NCBI GenBank assembly: GCA_964584965.1
Contig: CAZPBM010000025.1
Location: 6,081-70,080 of the forward strand
DNA: 64,000 nucleotides
Direction of reading: 5' to 3'
Source: an uncultured Candidatus Bathyarchaeia archaeon
Lineage (GTDB): Archaea; Thermoproteota; Bathyarchaeia; Bathyarchaeales; DTEX01
Under the pieces are notes generated by a model. It was not told the origin of the DNA and ran no database searches. It saw nothing but the letters and a program-made list of their open reading frames with translations. Positions 19,836 through 29,103 of the stretch are shown piece after piece (within the stretch, counting starts at the first letter, position 1; every line of letters starts with the position of its first letter). A program made the translations under genes and the position numbers.

Positions 19836-20645
19836 TTACGTGCCAAAGCGTCTCTTCCTTTTTTGATATGTCCTGATGGCTCTTAAAAGATCGATACGCC
19901 TAAATTCTGGCCAAAAAACGTCGAGAAAGCAGAGTTCGCTGTAAGCAGACTGGTACAAAAGGAATCCGCTTAGCCTTTCTTCACCTGACGTTCGAATGAT
20001 CAAGTCAGGATCTTGCTTTGGCAAATGCGCTGTGTAGAGGTGTTTTTCAAAGGTTTCTTCGTCTATTTCGTTAGGCGACATTGTTCCGTTAATGATTTTT
20101 TGTGCAATTTCCTTGGCAGCATCCACAATTTCTGCTCTTCCACCATAGGCCATAGCTATGTTCAAAAAGCGGTCGTTGTACTCTTCGGTTGCTTCCTCAA
20201 CCTTCTTCACCAACTCCTGAAGGGTCCCAGGCAGAAGATTAAGCCTTCCAATGGCTTTCACTCGGACTTGGTGCTTGTGAATGTCGTCGTCTTTAAGAAT
20301 TTTTTGAAGCTTCTCATTGAAGAGGCTCATGATTTCCTCAACTTCTTCCGGTGGCCGTTTGAAATTTTCCGTTGAGAAAGCGTATAGAGTGATTGTTTTT
20401 ACTCCTAAGTCCAAGCACCACTTCAGAACGTTTTCGGTTTTGTCAGCTCCGTAGAAATGTCCTTCAGCGGGATTCATCGAATGATTCTGCGCCCACCTTC
20501 GGTTTCCATCTAGGATAATGGCTATGTGTTCTGGCATAGGCTTGTCTTTGACTTGGTTCGTTAGCCACTTTTCGTATATCCGGTATACGCCTATAACCGA
20601 AAGAAGGCTTTTCAGCATAATATTGTTTCTCCGACTTTTTATCAT
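19836..20645 (-). CDS. uppS: cis-prenyltransferase (undecaprenyl diphosphate synthase family)
   Basis: HIAIILDGNRRWA, ITLYAFSTENFKRP and IRTSGEERLSGFLLYQSAYSELCF are present. Confidence 0.85.
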   Translation of the reverse strand: MIKSRRNNIMLKSLLSVIGVYRIYEKWLTNQVKDKPMPEHIAIILDGNRRWAQNHSMNPAEGHFYGADKTENVLKWCLDLGVKTITLYAFSTENFKRPPEEVEEIMSLFNEKLQKILKDDDIHKHQVRVKAIGRLNLLPGTLQELVKKVEEATEEYNDRFLNIAMAYGGRAEIVDAAKEIAQKIINGTMSPNEIDEETFEKHLYTAHLPKQDPDLIIRTSGEERLSGFLLYQSAYSELCFLDVFWPEFRRIDLLRAIRTYQKRKRRFGT

Positions 20646-20742
20646 TTCACTCTAGTAAGTAAATGCATTAATAACGAAATTTATGACTGATATAAATAGT
20701 GACCTTTATTTTTTTATTTTCTGGTTCCGTGTATTCAGTTTC

Positions 20743-22035
20743 TCATTCATCAAGCGATGGGTTGTTACCCGATTTTTTATAGACAACTTTTTTGGACTCA
20801 CTATTTTCTCGTTTCTTTTCAGGCTCTTTTTCTTCATCCACCCTGTCTTTGAGTATGTGCTGAAATCTTCGGCTTAGGAAATGAGTGCTGAGGCCTGCGG
20901 CTACTATGACGACTATTCCCACAATTGTGGAGGCGATGAGTCCGCTCGTTGGGAAAGTTGGATTGAGAATGATGAGAGAAACCGCATCTAGGATGAACCA
21001 CGACCAAGCTGCAACAATCACTAAAGCCGCTGTTCGCCAGAACCTAGAATCACGTTCTAAGAGATAACCAACTGATCTACCAGCCAAAGACACGCTGACA
21101 CCGACGACGACTAAGGTTGACGATTTTTCAATCATCCGACCAATTATCTGAGGCAGAATATCCATAAACCGGTTTGTGTCCATTGGAAACTGAAATTCAA
21201 TGCCGAAATTGGCAGCAACATAGATCCAAGCTTGGTAGAAACCGACACCTGCTAAAAGAAACCCTGCCAACAGCGAAAAGTTTGTGACAAGACCTGAAAT
21301 GGTGTAATGGTATGGCCGTGAGAGGGCAGCTGAAATTCTTCGGTCTAGACCGTATCCTTTTTCGAGCAGGTATCCTCCTATTATGATTAGTCCAACAATC
21401 GCTGTCCAAGTGTAGATGTCGAACCTGATAAACGTGCCAAGGTAAACCAGTAAACCAATGGATATCAATAGGATTCCTGGTAGTCCAAGCACAATCCTTG
21501 AGTACCGTGGATCTTCCATGATCATCTTCCAATACCTTGAGAAGATCGCTGCTGTTTCCTCAATGGACTCGCTGTGTTTTACTACTACTCTCCGCACCGA
21601 AGTGACTGGAACTCTCGACTGGACTAACGGTATAATGTCCTCGTCTGCAAAGCCGTCAGTGACAAGAATTAAGCCGTCTGCCTTGAATCTTTTCAAAACA
21701 TCCATAAGCTCAGAGACTAGCTTACGATCTGAAGAGACTCCTCCAAGTTCTGAGCCTGCTATTGTTGCGATTTCATATACTCCGTTTGTGGTTCGATCTT
21801 GCTGAAGATCATCGTATATTCTTATGGCCTCAAACATTGTGTTGGCGTCAGCCTCTTCAGGGTCGGCAAGAATAAGTTTCAATGCTGAGTCAAGGTTGTC
21901 TTTTTTGCCGACAATGGGCGTTGGAGTGTTTGTTTTTCTGCCTATGTCATTGTCTCGGTCAACGCAGAGAATTAGAAGTCGTTCAGCTTTTGGCTCTTCA
22001 GGGTTCGCCATCAACCTTTTCCCACATAGGTTCAA
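20743..22035 (-). CDS. DUF373-like archaeal membrane protein
   Basis: A soluble N-terminal domain (LILCVDRDNDIGRK...) is followed by about 7 TM helices and a K/E-rich tail. The start is probably an internal Met. Confidence 0.5.
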   Translation of the reverse strand: MNLCGKRLMANPEEPKAERLLILCVDRDNDIGRKTNTPTPIVGKKDNLDSALKLILADPEEADANTMFEAIRIYDDLQQDRTTNGVYEIATIAGSELGGVSSDRKLVSELMDVLKRFKADGLILVTDGFADEDIIPLVQSRVPVTSVRRVVVKHSESIEETAAIFSRYWKMIMEDPRYSRIVLGLPGILLISIGLLVYLGTFIRFDIYTWTAIVGLIIIGGYLLEKGYGLDRRISAALSRPYHYTISGLVTNFSLLAGFLLAGVGFYQAWIYVAANFGIEFQFPMDTNRFMDILPQIIGRMIEKSSTLVVVGVSVSLAGRSVGYLLERDSRFWRTAALVIVAAWSWFILDAVSLIILNPTFPTSGLIASTIVGIVVIVAAGLSTHFLSRRFQHILKDRVDEEKEPEKKRENSESKKVVYKKSGNNPSLDE

Positions 22036-22153
22036 CTATGAATTATGCGGTTCTTCCCAATAAATGTTATAGCCCCGTGTATCTATCTGAGCCAAATAAA
22101 AAGTAACAAAGACAAAACAACCAAGTCAACGTCTTTTCTATTTTGAAAGGAGT

Positions 22154-23074
22154 CTAGATTTTTCCTTGTTCAGCTAGGATTTTGAACTCGTCGAAACTGA
22201 GTTTTTTGCCTTTTTTCAATTTTTCCAAGGCGTCATTCTCGATTTTCTTCTTAAGGTCTAGCTGCTGCTTTTTTCTTTCCTCTTCTTCCTTTTGCTTGAT
22301 TGCGGTTCGAAGATTTTTTATTTGCTCAGACATTTCCGCACATTTTAGGTGAACTGCATTAGCTTTTTCTTTTGTTTCAACGTATTTACGGTGCATCTCA
22401 TCAGCTTTTGTTTGAAAATCCTTTGCTTTTTCAAGTTTTTCCATCATATTTTCGTGGAACTTTTGGCTTTTTTCAGCCAATTCGTGAATTTTGCTTGAGT
22501 CTGTCTGAATTTCGTCTTTTAACATTTGAATTTCCTTTTTTAGTTTATCCAACTCGGTATTTGTGTGTTCAATTTGTTTATGCGCCTGTAATTGTGCCTC
22601 TAAGGTTTTCACTTGATCAACCAGTTTTCTTTCTTCTTCCAACGAATGTAGTTCTGTTTGAATTTTCCAGTCGATTCTCGCAATTTCATCTTCCAAAAAT
22701 TTTGAACTTCGACCAATCTTGGTTGCCAACATGCCCTTGATTTTTTGCCTTTGACTTTTAAGCAGCTCCAACGTTTCCGAACGCTTTTTTAGGCGTTCTT
22801 CTCTCATTGTTTTAAGAAATTTTATCTCGTTATGTAGACTGTCTCGTTTGTCTTTGAGATTCTTTGCTTCTTGTCGTATCTTTCGGATTTCCTCTTGGAG
22901 CTCGTCGCGTTTTTCAGCCCACATCTTTGCCTCTTCATTAAACTTATCTCTTTCAGCTTTCAAAGCGGAAAGTTCGCTGAGTAACCGTGTAATTTGTTGT
23001 TCAAGATTCTCGATGACTAATCCCTCGTGTTTGGAAATTTCAAACATCGAGGCAAAATAAAAACCTTTCAACAA
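22154..23074 (-). CDS. archaeal coiled-coil protein (COG1340-like)
   Basis: 306 aa. Almost the whole protein is heptad-like and E/K/L-rich. Confidence 0.5.
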   Translation of the reverse strand: MLKGFYFASMFEISKHEGLVIENLEQQITRLLSELSALKAERDKFNEEAKMWAEKRDELQEEIRKIRQEAKNLKDKRDSLHNEIKFLKTMREERLKKRSETLELLKSQRQKIKGMLATKIGRSSKFLEDEIARIDWKIQTELHSLEEERKLVDQVKTLEAQLQAHKQIEHTNTELDKLKKEIQMLKDEIQTDSSKIHELAEKSQKFHENMMEKLEKAKDFQTKADEMHRKYVETKEKANAVHLKCAEMSEQIKNLRTAIKQKEEEERKKQQLDLKKKIENDALEKLKKGKKLSFDEFKILAEQGKI

Positions 23075-23159
23075 AGCACATAAAATCTATATGATTAGCG
23101 GACTGAAGAACGGTATTTAATAGAAAAGTTTTTATATTGGATGGATTATCCAACCTGTT

Positions 23160-23768
23160 ATGCACTTAAAAGCAAAGGATTTGGCGCTAATCTCAGTCTT
23201 CTCCGCAGTCTGTTTTGTTGCAGGTTATGGTAGAGGCTTGGCGCTGTCTTCGCTGCCTGGGGTTTTCGAGTTCATGACTGTTTTGATTTTTGTTAGCGGA
23301 TTAATGTTTGGCCGGGTTATAGGAGCGTTGAATGGCGCTATTACCCTTTTTATTTACATGTTGGTGCCTTATCCTTTTGCGCATCCCGCTGCGTTTTTGT
23401 TTACAATTTCGCCTGTTCTATTGATTGTAATGGTTTTGCTTGGTGCGGTTTACGGTATAGTTGGGGGATTTTTGGGAAAACGTCACAACCCGATGAAAAT
23501 TAACGCCCGGTTTGCGGCTGAGATGGCTTTTTGGGGATTCGTGTTAACCTTTATTTACGATGTTCTCGGAAGTGTTGGTTTCTATTTAGCATATCCAATA
23601 TTTTACGCTTCAGTTTGGGAGGCAATCTACCTTACGTTTATACCTTTGTACATGCCGTACCCGCCTATAATCCACACCTTCACTAACACTCTGATATTCG
23701 CCATCCTCGTTCCACCACTGGCAAAGGCAATAAGCAATTTTCCTGGAATAAAAACCAGCAAATCCTGA
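23160..23768 (+). CDS. polytopic membrane protein (ECF S-component-like)
   Basis: 202 aa with about 6 TM helices. The similarity to ECF substrate-binding components is loose. Confidence 0.35.
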   Translation: MHLKAKDLALISVFSAVCFVAGYGRGLALSSLPGVFEFMTVLIFVSGLMFGRVIGALNGAITLFIYMLVPYPFAHPAAFLFTISPVLLIVMVLLGAVYGIVGGFLGKRHNPMKINARFAAEMAFWGFVLTFIYDVLGSVGFYLAYPIFYASVWEAIYLTFIPLYMPYPPIIHTFTNTLIFAILVPPLAKAISNFPGIKTSKS

Positions 23769-23792
23769 AGCAACAAAATTTTTTTAAGAATA

Positions 23793-24007
23793 TGGTCGGG
23801 CGGGCGGGACTTTCATAGGAAGCTTTTGTAGCTGTCCTATTTTGAATTCGCCGAACCAAGGGCTAGCCACGGTTCTCCTGCGACAGTCCGGTTTCTGTAC
23901 GCTTGGCAGCTGAGCAACATCCACCACAAGGTGGACATCTACAGCGTCTCCATCAGCCAATTCTCAGGCTGATTCGGAAGCTCTGCCAAGCTGAGCTACC
24001 GCCCGAC
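23793..24007 (-). ncRNA. unclassified ~215-nt structured RNA with tRNA-like termini
   Basis: The minus strand reads GU-CGGGCGG-UA-GCUC-AGCUUGGCA-GAGC-U-UCCGA......CCCGC-CCGCCCG-A-CCA. The termini form a 7-9 bp helix. A 9-bp long-range helix (23983-23991 with 23901-23909) encloses hairpins at 23952-23973 and 23916-23939. Two further hairpins lie at 23848-23883 and 23818-23837. The region is GC-rich relative to its flanks and has no credible ORF. Confidence 0.55.
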
Positions 24008-24030
24008 ATTCTTTTCAAAAATGAAGAAGC

Positions 24031-24038
24031 AAATATAT
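24031..24038 (-). promoter_or_regulatory. TATA-box-like element for the structured RNA gene
   Basis: The minus strand reads ATATATTT. Its proximal edge is 24 nt upstream of the first nucleotide of the terminal helix (24007), which is canonical archaeal TATA-to-TSS spacing. Confidence 0.35.
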
Positions 24039-24137
24039 GTTTTTCGTTAGCTGAACAGCAGCCTACAACATCGCATAAAGGTTAAATCATGCCCGAACCC
24101 ATTCATAGAACTTGAAAACAAAGGAAACGTCTGAAAA

Positions 24138-24211
24138 GGGCCGGTAGTTCAGTCTGGATGAATGCCGCCCTCGCACGGCGGAGGTCGGGGGTTCAAATCC
24201 CCCCCGGTCCA
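24138..24211 (+). tRNA. tRNA-Ala (anticodon CGC)
   Basis: The cloverleaf folds by hand: GGGCCGG/CCGGUCC acceptor with the G3:U70 Ala identity pair, D-arm GUUC..GAAU, anticodon arm CCGCC-CUCGCAC-GGCGG, T-arm GGGGG-UUCAAAU-CCCCC, and discriminator A. CCA is not encoded. Confidence 0.9.
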
Positions 24212-24557
24212 CTCCCTCGGATGAAAAAGCATCCGACAACTGAGAATTGAGAATATTTTGGCAATTTTCACCTTTGAGGCGTTTTATTGCCTCTTTTTCT
24301 AAGCGCCTTAGTTATCACCCTTATCGATTTAATTTTTGGTTTACATTCCAAAACGAGGTCAAGTAAGTCTTTGGTTATGAAGGAGATGAAGGCATTTTAC
24401 TTTTCCTCAAAAATAAGGTCTTATACTTGAAGTGTTGTAACATCATTAAATCTTCATCTAGATATTGATTTAATTCTCCTTTAGTGGATAGTTCTGAGAT
24501 TAGTCTACAAGAAATACAACCTTCGGTTGGACGTAAACCAGTTAGGGTGGTAAGATC

Positions 24558-25112
24558 GTGGCAACAAATAAAGAGATACTCAAATCAAAAAAACCAAAAG
24601 AAATTGTTGAACTTTTGGCCGAAAATTTGTGAAGGAATAAGAAAGCGATTGATGAAATTATTCAATGTTTTGAAGATGATACCACTGCTGAAAAAGGTAA
24701 TTGTATGGAAGCGATAGAATATCTGACGAAAGAAAATCCTGAATTTGCATAAAATTGCCTTGATTTTGTATTTGAGCACATCAACGACAAAGAACCTCGA
24801 GTGAGATGGGAAGCTTGTAGAATAATTGGCAATGTTGCTCAAAAATTTCCAGATAAAGTTAAAGAAGCCATCCCAAAGCTCTTAGAGAATACAAAAGATA
24901 AAGGCACAGTCGTAAGATGGAGTGCTGCTTTTGCTTTGACTGAAATTGCGAAAAGCAATAAAAAGGTGCAAACAAGGCTTGTTTCAGAATTTAAGAAAAT
25001 ACTGGAAAGAGAAACCAACAAAAGAGTGAGAAATATGGAATTAAAAACAGGATTATCTAATGACGGTTTCTGGGCTGGACGCTTCGCTGCCTCGCTCCTC
25101 GGCCTCACGTAG
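24558..25112 (+). pseudogene. HEAT-repeat protein gene with two in-frame stop codons and an aberrant 3' end
   Basis: A single frame reads VATNKEILKSKKPKEIVELLAENL*RNKKAIDEIIQCFEDD...ENPEFA*NCLDFVFEHINDKEPRVRWEACRIIGNVAQKFPDKVKEAIPKLLENTKDKGTVVRWSAAFALTEIAK... The stops are TGA at 24630-24632 and TAA at 24750-24752. The tail runs into a GC-rich repeat. Confidence 0.6.
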
Positions 25113-25195
25113 TTCGGCTCATATAAGGCGGGCTATACGGCTCACTCTGTTCGCCCAAATCCCGCTTTAAGCGGGACTTCGGATAGCCCAATACC
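25085..25195. repeat. GC-rich patch, degenerate copy of the 27148-27262 element
   Basis: Words shared in the same order with the right-hand copy include GTTCGGnTnATATAA and TCGGATA..GCCCA. It also contains the hairpin CCCGC-TTTAA-GCGGG. Confidence 0.35.
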
Positions 25196-25305
25196 GTTAT
25201 ATCAATAGAATTAATCAGAAATTCAAAAAAGAAATATATTTACCAAAATTTATTACTTTGTTTAAATGAGGAAAGAATACGAATAAAAAAATAATCATCG
25301 GCGCG

Positions 25306-27075
25306 GTGCTAATTCTCATTATCGCAGGGTCTTTGTTTTTTGTTTATTTAAAAGATCATAAAGGTATTGTTGAAAATTATGTTTTCAACAATGACTGGCT
25401 TGACAAGCGTAATATCTATGTTTTTGGAACTCCACCGCTTGATTATCTGAAAATGACAAAAGCGACTGGAGTTACATTTTCAGTTTACTATAGCGGATTA
25501 AACGATTACGATAAAAACTATGTAGATGAGCTTCACCGAAACGGCTTCAAGGTCTGCTCTAATTTTCCAACGGTTCAAGCAAAGATCACAGATAACCAAA
25601 GTTTGCACGAAATTGCTCATTGTGTAGACATAAACGGCAATTCAATGGGATTTTTTGGGGATCAATATGCCATGTGCGGCGACAATCATCTCTGGCAGGA
25701 ATTTCTGAAAAATAGGATTAAGGAGCATATAGACGGAAAGGCAGATGCCATTCACATTGACGAAATTGGAACGAATGATGAATGTTTTTGCGATGATTCC
25801 ATAGCCGCATTCAACTCATATCTTTCAAGCCACTATTCAGCCACCCAGTTGCATGATCTCTTTGGGATAGACAATATTGATTCATTCAACTATCGGATCT
25901 ATCTCCTAGAGAAAGGAGCTAAAAGTATTTGGGACGACCCGAATCAAAAATTGCTAAGCGAGTATTTCACATTTCGGTATCTGAACAGGGTCTCGTTTAT
26001 ACGTGAATTAATCCAATATGCGCGCGATTATGCTGGAAGAGACATTTTATTCTCTGGCAACACATACGGCCTTAGGCCTGACCAGCAGATTTATATTCCA
26101 TATCTTGATTTTGTGGTTTTCGAAATGCCAATCGGCTTTTTGCCAGAGGGCAAACATTTTACAATATACTTGCTCGGAGAGGCACTCTCTCCATCTAAGC
26201 CAGTCATCGGATTCCCAGATATCTTTGTCTTAGCAAATATTTCAAAGGACGATTGGTGGTTATGGCGGCATTGGCTTGCTGAGGCTTACGCCTGCGGCGG
26301 ATCTTTCCTCATTCCATACAATTCTTATGTCTTAGGAGGTGGAGCGTATAATGTTCCTCTTGATAAATTATCTGCATACACAAACTTTATTTCTTCTCAC
26401 CAAAGCTATTACGAAAATGTTTCTCGCATATCAAAAGTTGCGCTCCTGCATGATCTTCATTCCACCTTGACCAACCAAGTTAAATGGCGTGCGTGGGCAG
26501 CATGGGATAATTTCGTAAAAACCGGACAGGCGCTGCAGGAAGCGCATATTCTATTTGATATTATTTACAAAGGAGATAGCGAATTTGTGAATAAACCGAT
26601 TACATTGAATGATTTAGAAAAGTATTCAGTTGTGATAATTCCGGGCTATTACGATCTTGATGCTGCAACAGAAAGTTTGCTTAAACAATATTCTCAAAAA
26701 GGCGGTCATATTGTGGAGGCAGGTGATACTCTGGATAGCTCAAATTTGATCGCAAAGATAAGGAATGCAAGCGTAAATTTGGAACTGGAAACGAATGCGC
26801 CAAGCAATCTTGGTATTATGGTTTATAAAAAAGATGACTCGCTTCTTTTACATTTCATCAATTATGATTACAATAACCAAACACATGACTTCATACCAAA
26901 AAATCAAATAACCGTCACATTGGCGATTCCAGACAATATCAATTTGACTGGAAAAACTCTAAGATTGCTAACACCTGACACAAATGAAAAGACTATTAAT
27001 TATACAGTTCAAGGAAACAAAATTAAGTTTACGATTCCAGAAATTTATGAATATTTAATCGCATCGTTTGAGTAA
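25306..27075 (+). CDS. putative glycoside-hydrolase-like protein (TIM-barrel-like N-terminal part plus a GH42-type trimerisation-like domain), membrane-anchored
   Basis: 589 aa. The C-terminal half (VALLHD...ILFDIIYKG..LEKYSVVIIPGYYDLD..LLKQYSQKGGHIV) resembles the GH42 middle domain. The N-terminal signal anchor appears frameshifted: the ATG at about 25266 is out of frame, and repair near 25272-25276 gives MRKNTNKKIIIGAVLILIIAG. Confidence 0.45.
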   Translation: MLILIIAGSLFFVYLKDHKGIVENYVFNNDWLDKRNIYVFGTPPLDYLKMTKATGVTFSVYYSGLNDYDKNYVDELHRNGFKVCSNFPTVQAKITDNQSLHEIAHCVDINGNSMGFFGDQYAMCGDNHLWQEFLKNRIKEHIDGKADAIHIDEIGTNDECFCDDSIAAFNSYLSSHYSATQLHDLFGIDNIDSFNYRIYLLEKGAKSIWDDPNQKLLSEYFTFRYLNRVSFIRELIQYARDYAGRDILFSGNTYGLRPDQQIYIPYLDFVVFEMPIGFLPEGKHFTIYLLGEALSPSKPVIGFPDIFVLANISKDDWWLWRHWLAEAYACGGSFLIPYNSYVLGGGAYNVPLDKLSAYTNFISSHQSYYENVSRISKVALLHDLHSTLTNQVKWRAWAAWDNFVKTGQALQEAHILFDIIYKGDSEFVNKPITLNDLEKYSVVIIPGYYDLDAATESLLKQYSQKGGHIVEAGDTLDSSNLIAKIRNASVNLELETNAPSNLGIMVYKKDDSLLLHFINYDYNNQTHDFIPKNQITVTLAIPDNINLTGKTLRLLTPDTNEKTINYTVQGNKIKFTIPEIYEYLIASFE

Positions 27076-27147
27076 TCTATTTTTATTGAGAGAAAAATAT
27101 CAAGCGAGTTACAGTGTATAATAGCGAATAAAAGGAAAATTAAAATA

Positions 27148-27262
27148 GCGGCCCCTCGCGAGGATTCTCCGCTCCCTTCACTCGCTTTCGACCAACGGCC
27201 TTCGGGCTTTCACTTCGTTCGGGTTATATAACATCGGATAAAAGCCCAGCACGAATTTTGTA
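27148..27262. repeat. GC-rich patch, degenerate direct copy of 25085-25195
   Basis: See 25085-25195. The two copies flank the 25306-27075 gene in direct orientation. Confidence 0.35.
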
Positions 27263-27294
27263 ATAGTTTTTCCTAAGTTATCGCTTCTAACATT

Positions 27295-27389
27295 CCCCTT
27301 CCCTGATGGGAGGGGATAAAGTGGAGGGTGATTTAATGATTTTTCATTCATTACTCCTCACCCTAACCCTCTCCCGCAAGGGAAGAGGG
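27295..27389. repeat. pair of GC-rich REP-like hairpins
   Basis: The hairpins are CCCCTTCCC-TGAT-GGGAGGGG (27295-27315) and CCCTCTCCC-GCAA-GGGAAGAGGG (27367-27389), sitting in an otherwise AT-rich spacer. Confidence 0.45.
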
Positions 27390-27702
27390 CATATTTTGGA
27401 AAACTTATTTACCGAATTTTCCGATTTGCGTGGGTTTGATTGATAGCTTAAGGCAGCTGTTGAAATTTAACAAGAGCAATCGCTGTTGATTTGAAAATTA
27501 GTGCTGGAGTTCTTTTATCCGCAAACCGCTAATCCCCTCTTTTTTGTTCCGCTCGCAAGTGTTCCTTGGGAATAGTTGATAGACAAAGTTTTTTAAAATT
27601 CTTAAGGCCATTGTTTATCAATGTTTTTTCCATCCCTTGACAAAAAATTATTTTGGTGATCAAATGGTAATTTATATAATATAAGAAGTTGAAAAGGGTA
27701 AA

Positions 27703-28950
27703 ATGAAAAGTTATAATATTAATAGTTGGTTTGGTAAATATTTAATATTTATAAAAAAAACTGATTGTATTTTTGCTGTTTATCATTATATTTCTTTCCT
27801 GTGATCTATTCAGTCAGCCTCCTAAAGTAATCTTGGAAAATTACCAGATAAAGAAAAAGTGGATGGGGAAGGAGGAGAAAAGTTTACAAATCCTGATGAG
27901 TATGCTCCGGTATCTTTAATAACTGATGAGTTAACAATCTCTATCAAAGAAAAAAAGGTATTATAAAACCACTTCTTGGTGTAAATGCTGGACCCACAAC
28001 TTCAGGAGAAAAGAGTAATGCTGACCTGACTGAACAATATCGGGCTTATGGAATTAATGCCGTTCGGACCCATGATTTCTATGGACCATTTGACTTGAGT
28101 CAGATATATCCAGATATCAACGCTTCTCCAGAAGATCCTTCTTTTTACAATTTTTCTGCTAGTGATGAGGTATTTAGAAAGATTATTCAGGCAGGATGTA
28201 TGGTTTATTTAAGGGTTGGGGATTCCTACAAAAATGTCAGAATTCCAGGAAATTCTGAAGAGAGAAGTAATCTTGTCCGCGCTGCTGTTGAGGTAGTGAG
28301 ACATTATAAAAAATGGCAGATACATTAAAAGCCCCACCCATAGTATATATTGAGATATGGAACGAGCCTGACTTGAATCATTTCTGGCCAGCTGGAATTC
28401 GTGACTTCCAAGAATTCTTTATTGAAACATTTCTTGCGTTGAAAACGGAGTTCCCTGATTTAAAAATAGGAGGTCCTGGCTTTCACTGCCTTCTGGATTG
28501 CTCTTCAACGGGCAGAGGTGGAATATGCCATTTATCTAAAGAGGTACGGATACGAGTCCAAATTGTGACCAGTTTTACGGAATTTTCTATGCAGACGGCA
28601 GGCCAAAACCATCTGCAAGAGCATTAAAACTATGGAGTAAATTTTCTGCCTATCAAAATAAAATCACATTATATACTGGTATTCCTATAATAGATTCAGA
28701 GCCACAGCCAGAAACTAAACCATCCCCTATATGGTTAATAAGAGGTGAAAAGGGAACAGGAGAAAAAGCACTCCTCATTACCAATATTTCCTCAGAGGAA
28801 TATAAGGTAATTCTTGATGACTCTTTTAAATTTAAATCTATAAAAATATCTGAAATAAAGGGGAGGGATGAAATTAGAAAGTATAGATGGGAGGAAAGAA
28901 AAATCACCATTCCTGCAAACTCTGTCCTCCTTTTAGAACTTCTTGACTGA
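27703..28950 (+). pseudogene. decayed lipoprotein glycoside hydrolase (clan GH-A, GH39/GH5-like)
   Basis: It has a signal peptide with the lipobox ..IIIFLSCD. Recognisable segments lie in three frames: IKPLLGVNAGP...GINAVRTHDFYGPFD, VVRHYKK / IVYIEIWNEPDLNHFW..KIGGPG, and FYGIFYADGRPKPSARALKLW...LLLELLD*. Frameshifts occur at A-runs (about 27951-27957 and 28307-28312), there is an in-frame TAA at about 28546, and the nucleophile region appears deleted. Confidence 0.6.
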
Positions 28951-29103
28951 TATGGTTTTCCTTTCTTAACTGTATAATACCTGTTAAAATTTAGTTGAAC
29001 CCACACCCTTCATTTTTTTTAAAAAAATAATTCCTTTCGATTTAATTTAAAAAAATCCATAGACCTAATTGCATCATATAAAGATCCATATGAAAGGGTA
29101 AAG

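Noticed and set aside
23793-24007. I considered classifying the structured RNA as RNase P RNA. It contains GAAAGUCC (CR-I-like), ACAGAAACCGG (CR-V-like) and CAAAAUAGG (CR-IV-like) strings, and the first two can pair in a P4-like way.
   Set aside because: The motifs occur in the order CR-V, CR-IV, CR-I, the reverse of every known RNase P RNA. That order is not obtainable by circular permutation. The strong 9-bp helix also does not fit P2 in any rotation I tried.
23793-24007. I considered classifying the structured RNA as SRP (7S) RNA. Its helix topology (terminal helix, a helix enclosing two hairpins, a short helix, two hairpins) mimics h1-h2-h3/h4-h5-h6/h8, and a CUGUAG string follows the first hairpin.
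   Set aside because: No helix-8 signature (GNRA tetraloop with AGCA/CAGG loops) is present in either distal hairpin. The h3/h4-like loops are A/U-rich with no complementary G/C. At about 213 nt, the length is far short of archaeal SRP RNA.
23793-24007. I considered a simple intron-containing tRNA, with candidate anticodons CAG or GAG in the 23952-23973 hairpin.
   Set aside because: There is no partner for the anticodon-stem strand UCCGA and no GCGGG strand to pair with the T-stem-like CCCGC. No UUCRANY T-loop is adjacent to a stem. The hairpin loop is 8 nt, not 7. I left the RNA as unclassified rather than calling it a tRNA.
23903-24085. A 60-aa plus-strand ORF overlaps the structured RNA.
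   Set aside because: It lies antisense to a strongly base-paired GC-rich RNA-like segment, is a track ORF of only 60 aa with no recognisable motif or family, and has an implausible composition.
24630-24752. I considered stop-codon reassignment (for example TGA as a sense codon) to explain the in-frame TGA and TAA in the HEAT-repeat gene.
   Set aside because: Two different stop codons are involved. All well-supported genes in the window terminate normally on TAA, TAG or TGA. The neighbouring genes are also degraded, so decay is the simpler explanation.
28653-29006. A 117-aa minus-strand ORF.
   Set aside because: It is antisense to the C-terminal segment of the decayed glycosidase, whose plus-strand frame (FYGIFYADGRPKP...) is recognisable.
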